Source: Escherichia phage AAPEc6. From it: a stretch of DNA of 44,559 nt. Position numbers and translations under genes: made by a program. The notes under the pieces were generated by a model. It searched no databases. It was not told the origin of the DNA and saw nothing but the letters and a program-made list of their open reading frames with translations. Where the stretch lies: sequence record NC_047769.1. One strand, 5' to 3'. Below, in pieces: positions 9,005 to 17,821 of the stretch (the first letter of the stretch is position 1; every line of letters begins with the position of its first letter).

Positions 9005-9163
9005 ATGACTAAGGTATTAATTTATATGCGTGGACCTCATAAATGCTATGCAGTTGTAGCACCAAATGGTGTTAAGCCTTATCGTACTTCAAAAAGATTG
9101 GCATTAATAGGTGCTAGTAGTAGTGCAAGTTTCCAAATGGAACTTTTTTGGTCATTGGACTGA
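9005..9163 (+). CDS. Small ORF (52 aa)
   Basis: AAGGAG 6 nt upstream of the ATG; below the ORF-track cutoff. Confidence 0.35.
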   Translation: MTKVLIYMRGPHKCYAVVAPNGVKPYRTSKRLALIGASSSASFQMELFWSLD

Positions 9164-9213
9164 AAGGCAATTCCGTGAGGATTTTAAAGTCATTGGCAGC
9201 TTCATGGTGAAAT

Positions 9214-9390
9214 ATGCAGAATAAACATAGTCTTAAAATGTTCGATGGTCATGAAGACCTGCAAGCCAAGATTACTAACCAAGCCTTCCTGTTCGCTCAG
9301 GTAACTATGGCTGAGGCCAAGAAGAATAGTCTCACTCGTGAACAGGTTATCAAGGAAAGTGAAGTGAAACGTAAGATTCGCAGTCGATAA
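9214..9390 (+). CDS. Small ORF (58 aa, basic C-terminus)
   Basis: ATG at 9214; ends just before the palindrome at 9401. Confidence 0.3.
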   Translation: MQNKHSLKMFDGHEDLQAKITNQAFLFAQVTMAEAKKNSLTREQVIKESEVKRKIRSR

Positions 9391-9400
9391 GTCAAGGGTT

Positions 9401-9416
9401 GTCTCACGTGTGAGAC
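9401..9416 (+). repeat. 16-bp palindrome GTCTCACGTGTGAGAC (copy 4, CACGTG core)
   Basis: Read directly; flanks gggtt...cagcc extend the inverted repeat. Confidence 0.9.
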
Positions 9417-9541
9417 AGCCTTTCATCATATTGATTGGAGGTGCATTATGCCACGTGATTATGATTCTGATTGGGACTATTATGACTCAATGAATCCAAA
9501 ACCCGAACGTTCAGATGATTACTACGAAACAGAGGCAATGT

Positions 9542-12088
9542 ATGAAGACTATTGATTGGAAGAAGGAGGCAGAAGGTCGTATCCTCGTGATGGATGCGGA
9601 AGCTAAAGGACTCCTTGACGCCATCCGATATGGACACCGTGAAGATGTGCATATCATTTGCTGCATGGACTTGCTTACTACCGAGGAGTTTCTCTTCTTT
9701 GACCCGTATGAGATGCGTGACCCTGAAGCAAGAGAACTCCTGAAGGAATGGGAAGGTCATCAAGATGGAACCTTGGTTGACGGTGTTAACTTCCTGAAGC
9801 ACTGTGAGGCTATTGTGTCGCAGAACTTCCTAGGATATGACGGTCTTCTCTTTGAGAAAGCATTCCCTGATATTTGGAAAGGCTTTAACTATACCGAGAA
9901 GCGCGGCAAGGGCAGACTCCGTGCTGACCTGTGTCCGGTGCGAGTCATGGATACGCTGGTGATGAGTCGCCTGTTAAACCCCGATAGACGCCTTCCTCCG
10001 CAAGCATATGCCAAAGGTATGGGTAACGTCGCCCCTCACTCAATTGAGGCGCACGGCATCCGTATAGGCCGCTATAAACCGGAGAACGAGGACTGGTCTA
10101 AACTAACTGACCACATGGTTCACCGTGTACGTGAGGACGTGGCGATTGGTCGTGACTTGTTCCTCTGGCTCTTTAACGGGGAATGGATGGAGCACAAACG
10201 CCGTGGCGTGAATAAACGCACTGGCCTAGGTATTGAGACAGCTTTCCACATGGAGTCCATTGTGGCGCTGGAGATGAGCCGTCAGGCCGAGCGTGGATTC
10301 CGTCTGGATATAGATAAAGCATTAGCACGATGCGAGGAATTGGACGCTAAGATTGATGAGACAGTCGCAGCGTTCCGTCCGCACATGCCTATGCGTATCA
10401 AGTCTAAACCTTTTAAACCGGAAGAAAAGAATGAAGTATGCCAACGCGCAAATGAGTATGGAGCTAGCAACAATATACCTACTGTCCTTGACCCCTCACA
10501 CTTTCTTCATGTCGAGAGACGAGGAGATCGCAAGACAGTATGGAGTGTCACTACTAAGTCTGGTGATTGGTCGGCTAGCGTCAAGAAAGACTTTCCTCAC
10601 CTTAGAGGAAACCGTAATGACACGCCAAGTATCAAGTGGATTGGCGCTTACTCGCCTGTTACTTTCGAAGAGATTCCCTTGGGTAACAGGGATACAGTTA
10701 AGCAAGTGCTCTATGATTATGGATGGAAGGGTGTTGAATTTAATGATACCGAGCAAGCGCATCTCGATGAGTACGGAGTATTACCCAAGCCTTGGAGTGG
10801 GAAGATAAATGAAAAGTCCCTTACTTTATGGCAAGAAAGAGCCGCACGTGAAGGTAAAACAGTCCCTGATTGGTGCTTGGGTATCGCTGCATGGTACATA
10901 CTCGTATCCCGTCGTGGTCAGATCCTCAACCGTGGTGACGTTGAAGCCTTCGACCAGAAGGGGGTGTGGCCTTCGCAAGCTGGTATACGAAAGTGTCGCG
11001 GCCTTGTACCTGTAGCATTTAACAAGGAGTTAGGAATCAATGCGCAGCAATACTACGAAAGGTACGGATGCTGGCCTACGTCAGACAAGGATGACGGAGA
11101 ATGGCGTGTGCCAGCTATTGCTATTAGTATTGGAACTTCTACGTTCCGTATGCGTCATCGTAACGTGGTTAATATTCCTGCCCGTGGTTTGTATCCTTTA
11201 CGTGATTTATTCATAGCCGGTAAAGGTAAGCTAATCCTTGGTTGTGATGGTGCTGGTCTTGAACTACGTGTACTGTCTCACTTCATGAATGACCCTGAAT
11301 ACCAAGATATTGTACTGCATGGTGACATTCACACCCATAATCAAATGAAGGCTGGTCTTCCTAAGCGTGACATGGCGAAGACATTTATATATGCCTTCCT
11401 ATATGGGTCTGGTATAGCTAACCTTGCAGCAGTATGTGGTGTTACTGAGGAAGAAATGGAGGAAGTTGTGGCAAGATTTGAGGTTGAACTACCATCTCTT
11501 GCACGTCTTCGTGAGAATGTTATCGCACAAGGTAACAAGTTTGGCTACCTACAAGCACCTGATGGTCATTGGGGTCGCATCCGTATGTCTGGTGGTGAAC
11601 TTAAAGAACACACTATGCTTAACGTACTACTCCAGATGACTGGTTCTCTGTGTATGAAATACGCATTGGTCAGAGCGTTTGCAGTGATGCGCAAGGAAGG
11701 TGTGGCCTTAGATAGCATGGGAAACCCTTGCGGTATAGCTAACGTGCACGATGAAATCCAGATGGAAGTCCCTGAAGATGAGGTCTTGTATCTCAACTAC
11801 GACTTGCCTTTCACCTTAGAAGGGTTCGAAACAGAGAAGGCTGCTGTGAAAGCAGTGTTCGATGCAGAGGAGAAACGTGTTCATGTGGATTCTGAAGGAC
11901 GTATGTGGTCTGCTGCAAATCTCGTTAGTGTTGATGCTGATGCTGGTGTACTTCATTGCCAGCGTCGTTATCACCGTGCAGGGCATATCATTGCCGACGC
12001 AATGACCTGGGCGGGTCAGTACCTGAAGATGCGTTGTCCGATGGCAGGTGAGTATAAGATTGGTGCAAGTTGGAAGGAAACACACTGA
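9542..12088 (+). CDS. DNA polymerase (family A, T7 gp5-like)
   Basis: N-terminal exonuclease motif ILVMDAEA, motif A GCDGAGLELRVL, motif C NVHDEIQ; ORF track begins at 9515. Confidence 0.95.
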   Translation: MKTIDWKKEAEGRILVMDAEAKGLLDAIRYGHREDVHIICCMDLLTTEEFLFFDPYEMRDPEARELLKEWEGHQDGTLVDGVNFLKHCEAIVSQNFLGYDGLLFEKAFPDIWKGFNYTEKRGKGRLRADLCPVRVMDTLVMSRLLNPDRRLPPQAYAKGMGNVAPHSIEAHGIRIGRYKPENEDWSKLTDHMVHRVREDVAIGRDLFLWLFNGEWMEHKRRGVNKRTGLGIETAFHMESIVALEMSRQAERGFRLDIDKALARCEELDAKIDETVAAFRPHMPMRIKSKPFKPEEKNEVCQRANEYGASNNIPTVLDPSHFLHVERRGDRKTVWSVTTKSGDWSASVKKDFPHLRGNRNDTPSIKWIGAYSPVTFEEIPLGNRDTVKQVLYDYGWKGVEFNDTEQAHLDEYGVLPKPWSGKINEKSLTLWQERAAREGKTVPDWCLGIAAWYILVSRRGQILNRGDVEAFDQKGVWPSQAGIRKCRGLVPVAFNKELGINAQQYYERYGCWPTSDKDDGEWRVPAIAISIGTSTFRMRHRNVVNIPARGLYPLRDLFIAGKGKLILGCDGAGLELRVLSHFMNDPEYQDIVLHGDIHTHNQMKAGLPKRDMAKTFIYAFLYGSGIANLAAVCGVTEEEMEEVVARFEVELPSLARLRENVIAQGNKFGYLQAPDGHWGRIRMSGGELKEHTMLNVLLQMTGSLCMKYALVRAFAVMRKEGVALDSMGNPCGIANVHDEIQMEVPEDEVLYLNYDLPFTLEGFETEKAAVKAVFDAEEKRVHVDSEGRMWSAANLVSVDADAGVLHCQRRYHRAGHIIADAMTWAGQYLKMRCPMAGEYKIGASWKETH

Positions 12089-12204
12089 TGGACAGGTTTG
12101 ATATTGTTTGCCTATTCTCTACCTTCTTTCTTATATTCCTTATGCTTGCTTGCTATGGAAGTATACGATTAGATATACCTGATGAAGAGGAGGGTTACGA
12201 TTGA
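12088..12204 (+). CDS. Membrane miniprotein (38 aa, one TM segment, acidic C-terminus)
   Basis: TGATG stop-start overlap with the DNAP stop; hydrophobic core VCLFSTFFLIFLMLACY. Confidence 0.35.
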   Translation: MDRFDIVCLFSTFFLIFLMLACYGSIRLDIPDEEEGYD

Positions 12205-12302
12205 TGCAGGCATCTTTTATTATTCTTGGAGTCATATTATTTATGGTAGTATTCTGGGCTTTCTCTGGCATTGACCCAGATTGTGATGGTAACTACGACT
12301 GA
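12204..12302 (+). CDS. Membrane miniprotein (32 aa), apparent paralog of the preceding ORF
   Basis: TGATG overlap with the upstream miniprotein; hydrophobic core FIILGVILFMVVFWAF; similar acidic C-terminus. Confidence 0.35.
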   Translation: MQASFIILGVILFMVVFWAFSGIDPDCDGNYD

Positions 12303-12370
12303 GTTATACTCAAGGTCACTTACGAGTGGCCTTTATGAATAACTTATTCCTACTTATTTTGTCTAACATG

Positions 12371-12393
12371 ATTTACTGGACACTATAGAAGGA
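12371..12393 (+). promoter_or_regulatory. Phage promoter (ATTTACTGGACACTATAGAAGGA)
   Basis: Exact consensus; preceded by GTCTAACATG, a palindrome half-site relic. Confidence 0.8.
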
Positions 12394-12450
12394 AAGCATA
12401 GGTAATCTAGGTTTATAAGGTAGTATAGGTAATTAAGTAAATATAGGAGA
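12394..12450 (+). other. AT-rich leader with phased ATAGGTAAT-type repeats
   Basis: ATAGGTAAT appears twice plus CTAGGTTTA and AAGGTAGTA at about 10-bp spacing. Confidence 0.4.
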
Positions 12451-12457
12451 TATAAAT

Positions 12458-12835
12458 ATGTCTATGGTAACTACTCTGGTATTCGTGGCTCAATACTTTC
12501 GTGGTCTTGCTAATAAGTTCAAGTCCAAGGCTATCAAAGCTATTGAGGCTCGCATCGAAGCAGTACAGGCAGAGCAAGTTAAAGTTGAAGAACATCGTAG
12601 TTCTCAAATGATTGACTGTCATAACCGCTACTATGCATCTCGTGATGAACTAAATGCACGTCAAGTCAAAGAGGTAGAAGATATGCTGGCACGTCACCAG
12701 CAAGAGCGTGACAGCCTGAAAGCTGAATTTGAAGAGAACAAGGCATCAATTGCTCTTGTACATCAAGCTGCATCTGACAGTCTGAAGAAAGAGATTGTTA
12801 TGCTGGAAATCGAACTGGATAACCTGACCAAATAA
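12458..12835 (+). CDS. Hypothetical protein (125 aa; N-terminal hydrophobic segment then coiled coil)
   Basis: ORF track; AGGAGA RBS. Confidence 0.55.
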   Translation: MSMVTTLVFVAQYFRGLANKFKSKAIKAIEARIEAVQAEQVKVEEHRSSQMIDCHNRYYASRDELNARQVKEVEDMLARHQQERDSLKAEFEENKASIALVHQAASDSLKKEIVMLEIELDNLTK

Positions 12836-12841
12836 GGGTTT

Positions 12842-13141
12842 ATGATGGAAGAAGTAATTCAAGCTAAACATGTAGGTATTATCTTTCGCGATCTAGAGCA
12901 GCGTAAAGTTGCAGGTCATACTCGTCTGGCTAAAGAGGAAGACACCGCAATCACTACTGTAGAACAAGCAGATGCCTATCGTGGACCAGAGTTCACTCAA
13001 GGTGAAACTTGTCACCAATTGAGCCTTTCACTTTGTGACACTATGGCTAGTGTAAATGTACAAGAGGTTGAAGACGGTGAATGTGTTAGTTATGTCTACC
13101 CTCTCGATACTATTGCACGTATTAAGGTAGTTCATAAGTAA
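12842..13141 (+). CDS. Hypothetical protein (99 aa)
   Basis: ORF track. Confidence 0.5.
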   Translation: MMEEVIQAKHVGIIFRDLEQRKVAGHTRLAKEEDTAITTVEQADAYRGPEFTQGETCHQLSLSLCDTMASVNVQEVEDGECVSYVYPLDTIARIKVVHK

Positions 13142-13163
13142 TTACTGGACACTATAGAACAAT
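13140..13163 (+). promoter_or_regulatory. Phage promoter (AATTACTGGACACTATAGAACAA)
   Basis: One mismatch upstream and AAC at +1 to +3. Confidence 0.65.
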
Positions 13164-13218
13164 AGGTCGGCTTAGTTCGGCCTATGATTGTGTAGTGTAA
13201 CAATAGGAGACTAAATAA

Positions 13219-14025
13219 ATGGCACGTGGTGATTTTGATTTTGGTGCTCAGGTTACTAAAGCTGAAGGTAAAGTATTTAAGAACCCTGAAGTTGGTGATC
13301 ATGAAGCAGTAATCTCTGGCATCATTCATGTTGGTTCCTTCCAAGATATCTTTAAGAAAGGTAATACCACTGAAGTTAAGAAGCCAGCAAACTTTGTTCT
13401 TGTTAAAATTATCCTGATGGGCGACGATGACAAGAATGAAGATGATTCTCGCATGGAACAGTGGATGGCTGTGCCATTGAAGTCTGGTGACAAGGCAACT
13501 CTTACTAAGTTCCTGAATGCAGTTGACCCTAAAGAATTGCTGGGTGGCTTCGATGATTTCATCGGTGAATGTCTGACTGCAACTATGGTTGGCTCTGGTG
13601 ATAAGAATGACGATGGCTCATTCAAGTATGTTAACTGGAAAGGATTTGGTGGTATGCCTGACAAGCTGAAGAAACTGGTCATTGCTCAGGTTGAAGAGGA
13701 AGGTCTGTCTATGACAGGTCACATTACCTTTGACAAGCTGACAAAAGAAATCCTTGATGACATCCCAGCTAACTTGGTGCGTCAATACTTCCTGAACGAG
13801 ACACCTCGTGGTAAGAACCTGTCTGTTGCTGGTTCTCATGTAGAAGCAATAATTAAAGCTGCTCGTGAAGAAGACCCAGAATGGAAGAAGGCTAAGAAGA
13901 AAGACGAGGAAGATGCTACCCCAGCTAATCGTAAACCTCTGGATACTGGTGAGTCTGTTCCGCAGGAAGTACCTGAAGCAGAAGATACGCCTGCACCGGA
14001 GATGGATGAGGACGCGGAATATTAA
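13219..14025 (+). CDS. Candidate ssDNA-binding protein (gp2.5-like; acidic C-terminus ...EMDEDAEY)
   Basis: 268 aa, beta-rich N-terminal region, long acidic tail ending in an aromatic residue; AGGAGA RBS; assignment by position and composition only. Confidence 0.5.
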   Translation: MARGDFDFGAQVTKAEGKVFKNPEVGDHEAVISGIIHVGSFQDIFKKGNTTEVKKPANFVLVKIILMGDDDKNEDDSRMEQWMAVPLKSGDKATLTKFLNAVDPKELLGGFDDFIGECLTATMVGSGDKNDDGSFKYVNWKGFGGMPDKLKKLVIAQVEEEGLSMTGHITFDKLTKEILDDIPANLVRQYFLNETPRGKNLSVAGSHVEAIIKAAREEDPEWKKAKKKDEEDATPANRKPLDTGESVPQEVPEAEDTPAPEMDEDAEY

Positions 14026-14034
14026 GGAGAACGG

Positions 14035-14253
14035 ATGAAAGTACAAATCGTAACTCTGCATTGCAAGAAAGGAATCACCACACTTGGCGGCAATACTTTT
14101 CACTCCTTCTCTGAAGGGGAGACATACGCCGACCTTCACTATATCTGGCGTGACGGGCAGCACGTGGTGAACTACAGCGACCCTGCGACTGGTAAACGCC
14201 ACGGCGTGTCGCTTCCGGCGCACGACATTGCTCAGGTGAACACAGTTTTATAA
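14035..14253 (+). CDS. Hypothetical protein (72 aa)
   Basis: ORF track; AAGGAGA RBS. Confidence 0.5.
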   Translation: MKVQIVTLHCKKGITTLGGNTFHSFSEGETYADLHYIWRDGQHVVNYSDPATGKRHGVSLPAHDIAQVNTVL

Positions 14254-14254
14254 A

Positions 14255-14270
14255 GTCTCACGTGTGAGAC
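14255..14270 (+). repeat. 16-bp palindrome GTCTCACGTGTGAGAC (copy 5), upstream of a promoter
   Basis: Read directly. Confidence 0.9.
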
Positions 14271-14285
14271 AAATCGGTGTCCGGT

Positions 14286-14308
14286 ATTTACTGGACACTA
14301 TAGAAGAG
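14286..14308 (+). promoter_or_regulatory. Phage promoter (ATTTACTGGACACTATAGAAGAG)
   Basis: Exact consensus. Confidence 0.85.
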
Positions 14309-14358
14309 AAGAATTTTAATCGGCGATAATGCCATAACCAACAAAAGGAGAATTTAAT

Positions 14359-14730
14359 ATGTTCAAGATTGAAACTATCGTAAACCGTGTTGTTAAAGGT
14401 GCTGCTCTGGTATCCGTTGAGTCTTTCATTATCGTCGATGAAGCTGATCAACTGGTAGCTGGTACTAAGGCTTACGATACCCGTGAAGAAGCTCAGGCTA
14501 AGATTGACAGCATGGGTAACTTCGCTGCTGGTCTGGAGTTTGCTCGTGCTTGCTTCCCTGAGCAGGCTGACAAAGCCCAGATCGGTAAGGCTAACATCGT
14601 AGCTGAATATCTAGATTGGATTGCTGCTGGTAAACCAGTGAAAGAAGTTAAGGCTGCTGAAGAAGCTGAATCTACGGCAGTAGAAGTGTCTGCACCGGAA
14701 GCTCCGGTTAGCGAAGAGGAAGAGTTTTGA
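14359..14730 (+). CDS. Small acidic protein with SSB-like C-terminal tail (...SEEEEF), 123 aa
   Basis: Consensus promoter upstream, AAAAGGAGA RBS, terminator downstream; helix-prone composition; tail resembles SSB or gp2.5 C-terminal tails. Confidence 0.6.
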   Translation: MFKIETIVNRVVKGAALVSVESFIIVDEADQLVAGTKAYDTREEAQAKIDSMGNFAAGLEFARACFPEQADKAQIGKANIVAEYLDWIAAGKPVKEVKAAEEAESTAVEVSAPEAPVSEEEEF

Positions 14731-14788
14731 TAATAGCAGGTGTAGCCTCTGTTAGTCCTAGTTGACTATCACGCTCACCTCATCTAAT

Positions 14789-14825
14789 GCCCTGTCTGCC
14801 TTAGTGTAGGCAGGGTCTTTTTGCG
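14789..14825 (+). terminator. Hairpin plus T-run terminator (CCCTGTCT ... AGGCAGGG then TCTTTTTG)
   Basis: 8-bp stem with one G-U, then a U-run; near-duplicate of the terminator at 23771. Confidence 0.65.
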
Positions 14826-14848
14826 TAATAGTTATTGGAGAATGAATT

Positions 14849-15121
14849 ATGCCGACTATTGAATCTCGAATTGAACTGGACATTAGCTACAATGCAATCA
14901 CCAGACAGTATATTGGGGTTGCCTATGATTACAAAACTGGTGAGAAGCTAGTGGAGGTGAGACAATGGGATGACTATTGGTTAAGACAGAACCTCCATGA
15001 TGCGGTGTCCTCCTTCCTGAAGGAGTGGCCTACATGCGACCAAACTTCGACTTCGGAGCTACAGTATCGGAAGACAATAACCTGTTGCTGTGGCCAACTG
15101 AAGGTAATCGAATCGCTTTAA
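14849..15121 (+). CDS. Hypothetical protein (90 aa), 3' end overlaps the exonuclease gene
   Basis: ORF track; GGAGA RBS. Confidence 0.4.
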   Translation: MPTIESRIELDISYNAITRQYIGVAYDYKTGEKLVEVRQWDDYWLRQNLHDAVSSFLKEWPTCDQTSTSELQYRKTITCCCGQLKVIESL

Positions 15122-16062
15122 TAGATGCTGATATGTTACCTTACATCGTAGGGTATACAATCAGTGATATGACTTATGTACGAGCCACAACTCGTGTTAA
15201 GTCAGGACAAGTCCCATCAATTAAAGACACACCTGAGTGTAAGCAAGCGTGTGACCGTGTGAACTCCTTGCTTAACTCTTGGGTGTACGCAGCAGAATGT
15301 GATGCAGCTAAGTTATTCATGACGAAATCAGAAGCTAACTTCCGTGTCCGCCTAGCATTCACCAAACCTTATAAGGGTCAACGTAAGACCGAGAAGCCTC
15401 CGTTCTTCTATGAATTGCGAGAGCATCTCTTAGAGGTTCATGGTGCAATCTTGGCAGATGGAGAAGAGGCTGATGACCTCATGAGCATCGCACAATGGGA
15501 CAGCCACCGCCGCTTCCAGCAAGATACAGGTAACGAGTTCCCTATCGGTAGTCCAGAGCATAAAGCATTCTCTGATACTTGCATCGTTTCCTTGGATAAG
15601 GATTTGATGATTGTTCCCGGTTGGCACCTTCAGCCGGGACAAGAGAAGAAATGGGTAGAGCCTATGGGTTGGCTTGAGTTACGCCGTAAGGCTAATGGTC
15701 AGGTTAAAGACCTTAAAGGTGCTGGCCTCATGTTTCATTATGCACAGATGATTATCGGTGATGATATTGATAACTATGCTGGCATACCTGGACGTGGTGC
15801 TAAATACGCCTATGATCTTCTCAAAGATTGTAAGACAGAGAAAGAGTTGTACATGGCAGTACTTGGTGCTTACAAGGCTAAGTTCGGACATGGACAAGTT
15901 AAGATTAAGAATTACCGAGGTGGTTATCGTATCGGCAAGGCTTTTGACCTGATGCTCGAATGTGGTCGCCTAGCTCACATGGCAAGATTCAAAGGTGATA
16001 TATGGCGAGCCGATAAGAACCCAATCTTGTGGGGAGATGATGCGGAATGGTTAGCAAATTAA
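15034..16062 (+). CDS. 5'-3' exonuclease (FEN family, T7 gp6-like)
   Basis: Motifs IALIDADMLPY, GEEADDLMS, SLDKDLMIVPGWH, IIGDDIDNYAGIPG; ATG at 15034 after AAGGAG (ORF track GTG at 15025). Confidence 0.85.
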   Translation: MRPNFDFGATVSEDNNLLLWPTEGNRIALIDADMLPYIVGYTISDMTYVRATTRVKSGQVPSIKDTPECKQACDRVNSLLNSWVYAAECDAAKLFMTKSEANFRVRLAFTKPYKGQRKTEKPPFFYELREHLLEVHGAILADGEEADDLMSIAQWDSHRRFQQDTGNEFPIGSPEHKAFSDTCIVSLDKDLMIVPGWHLQPGQEKKWVEPMGWLELRRKANGQVKDLKGAGLMFHYAQMIIGDDIDNYAGIPGRGAKYAYDLLKDCKTEKELYMAVLGAYKAKFGHGQVKIKNYRGGYRIGKAFDLMLECGRLAHMARFKGDIWRADKNPILWGDDAEWLAN

Positions 16063-16457
16063 AATCATCGGAGGTAGCAGCTTATAAGAGGGAATTGCTA
16101 GAGAAGCAAGGATGGAAGTGCCCCCTATGTGGCGGCAGTCTCAAGGCTGTTACTCCTATAAACCGTGTACTTGACCATGACCATGAGACAGGATTCTGCC
16201 GTGCTGTTGTATGCCGAGGCTGCAATGGTGCAGAAGGAAAGATTAAGGGTGTTATCTCTGGTTATGGTAAGGCTGGTAACAACCGTTACTTCCAGCTTCA
16301 ATGGTTAGAGCGACTATATGAATACTGGAAGTTACATAGTACGCCTCAGACAGATAAGTTATATCACAAACACCAAACGGAGGCAGAGAAGCGCGAGGCT
16401 AAGAACCGTAAGGCACGCCTTGCTTATGCAAGAAAGAAGGAGGTTAAAGTTGGGTAA
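16047..16457 (+). CDS. Endonuclease VII-type Holliday junction resolvase (His-Me finger)
   Basis: Motif CPLCGG...DHDHETGFCRAVVCRGCNGAEG. Confidence 0.85.
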   Translation: MVSKLKSSEVAAYKRELLEKQGWKCPLCGGSLKAVTPINRVLDHDHETGFCRAVVCRGCNGAEGKIKGVISGYGKAGNNRYFQLQWLERLYEYWKLHSTPQTDKLYHKHQTEAEKREAKNRKARLAYARKKEVKVG

Positions 16458-17457
16458 GCTTCGCAGCTTGTACAAAGACTCCGAGGTACTTGATGCAATC
16501 GAGCAAGCTACCGACGAGAAAGGTAATGTTAATTACAATGAGATGGCACGTGTATTATCGTGTCACCCTGTGGGTAAGAAGATTACCCGCCAGTTGGCTC
16601 GATACTGGCATGGTCAATTCAAGAAGACCAAGAAGAATGGTGATTATTACCAGACCCTTCTGCAAGAAGATAAGCGTATCAAAGAAGAGCGTAAGCTCAG
16701 GACTCCTGACCGCTACGAGGATTTGGCTATTGTGCCATTGCCTGACTCGCCTCATCGAAGTGTACTGGTGATCCCTGATACTCATGCACCTTATGAGCAC
16801 CCAGATACCCTAGAGTTCCTTGCAGCCGTGGCAGCACGTTACCGTCCAGACACAGTGGTACACCTAGGAGATGAGGCAGACAAACATGCCTTGTCATTCC
16901 ACGATTCGGACCCAAATCTGGATAGTGCTGGCATGGAGTTAGAGAAGGCTCGTATCTTCATGCACAAATTGCACAAGATGTTCCCTGTGATGCGCCTGTG
17001 TCACTCCAACCACGGCTCTATGCACTTCCGTAAGGCAAGCGCCAAGGGCATCCCTGTGCAATACCTGCGCACCTACCGTGAAGTTTTCTTCCCGCAGGGA
17101 GGTGGCGACCAGTGGGATTGGCAGCATACGCACGTCCTTGAGTTGCCGAATGGTGAACAAGTGGCATTCAAGCATCAACCTGCTGGCTCTGTCCTAGCAG
17201 ATGCAGCGCATGAGCGTATGAACCTAGTTTGTGGTCACTTGCACGGTAAGATGTCTGTGGAGTACGCACGTAATACACATGAACAGTATTGGGCTGTGCA
17301 AGGTGGCTGCTTAATTGATGAGTCATCCCGTGCATTTGCCTATGGTCGTGAGTCTAAATACAAGCCAGCATTAGGTTGTGTGGTCATTCTGGAGGGTGTG
17401 CCTCACATTGTCCCGATGCAAACCAATAGCGACAACCGTTGGATTGGCAAGATTTAG
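16450..17457 (+). CDS. Calcineurin-like metallophosphoesterase
   Basis: Motifs IPDTHAP, HLGDEAD, CHSNHG (DxH / GDxxD / GNH pattern); proposed TTG start at 16450 after AAGGAGG (ORF track frame 16318..17457). Confidence 0.7.
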   Translation: MGKLRSLYKDSEVLDAIEQATDEKGNVNYNEMARVLSCHPVGKKITRQLARYWHGQFKKTKKNGDYYQTLLQEDKRIKEERKLRTPDRYEDLAIVPLPDSPHRSVLVIPDTHAPYEHPDTLEFLAAVAARYRPDTVVHLGDEADKHALSFHDSDPNLDSAGMELEKARIFMHKLHKMFPVMRLCHSNHGSMHFRKASAKGIPVQYLRTYREVFFPQGGGDQWDWQHTHVLELPNGEQVAFKHQPAGSVLADAAHERMNLVCGHLHGKMSVEYARNTHEQYWAVQGGCLIDESSRAFAYGRESKYKPALGCVVILEGVPHIVPMQTNSDNRWIGKI

Positions 17458-17476
17458 TTGACACTATAGAACAAAG
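17452..17476 (+). promoter_or_regulatory. Phage promoter (ATTTAGTTGACACTATAGAACAAAG)
   Basis: Closest of all copies to the canonical SP6 promoter ATTTAGGTGACACTATAGAAG; overlaps the phosphoesterase stop codon. Confidence 0.7.
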
Positions 17477-17557
17477 GGCTAGGTAAGACTTTATCGGCTG
17501 GCGTATCCAAATGATATTGCACTAGCCCTTGATTGTATAGTGAATGGAGGATTCAAT

Positions 17558-17821
17558 ATGTCACACTATGAATGTAAGAAGTGTCATAAGCGTTATGATT
17601 ACTGTACTTGTGGTCAAGAGAAAACATCTTTTAAAGTTGGAGACAAGGTATTTCGTAATGAAAAAGATTCGATTCCTTGGAATCAATACTGCAAAGAAGC
17701 TGGTATTGACCCTGATAGCCCTGTAACCATAGATGATATTGATGGCATTAACTTGTGCTTTCGTGAGGTGAGGGGTGCAGGTTGGGATTCCAAAAATTCA
17801 AACTTGCATCTGATAAGTTAG
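17558..17821 (+). CDS. Small Cys-rich protein (HYECKKCHKRYDYCTCG), probable zinc binding
   Basis: ORF track 17540 (GTG); ATG at 17558 after GGAGGA. Confidence 0.5.
   Translation: MSHYECKKCHKRYDYCTCGQEKTSFKVGDKVFRNEKDSIPWNQYCKEAGIDPDSPVTIDDIDGINLCFREVRGAGWDSKNSNLHLIS

Noticed and set aside
10353-10808. 151-aa + strand ORF in an alternative frame inside the DNA polymerase gene
   Set aside because: Fully nested in the polymerase gene in another frame, without RBS or recognisable fold; likely spurious.
13618-14223. 201-aa minus-strand ORF overlapping the SSB-like gene and the 72-aa gene
   Set aside because: Antisense to two + strand genes with good RBSs; no start context; shadow ORF.
16318-16449. 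ATG at 16318 as the start of the phosphoesterase ORF
   Set aside because: It would overlap the endonuclease VII gene by about 130 nt in another frame; a TTG at 16450 with AAGGAGG 6 nt upstream is a better start, though unverified.
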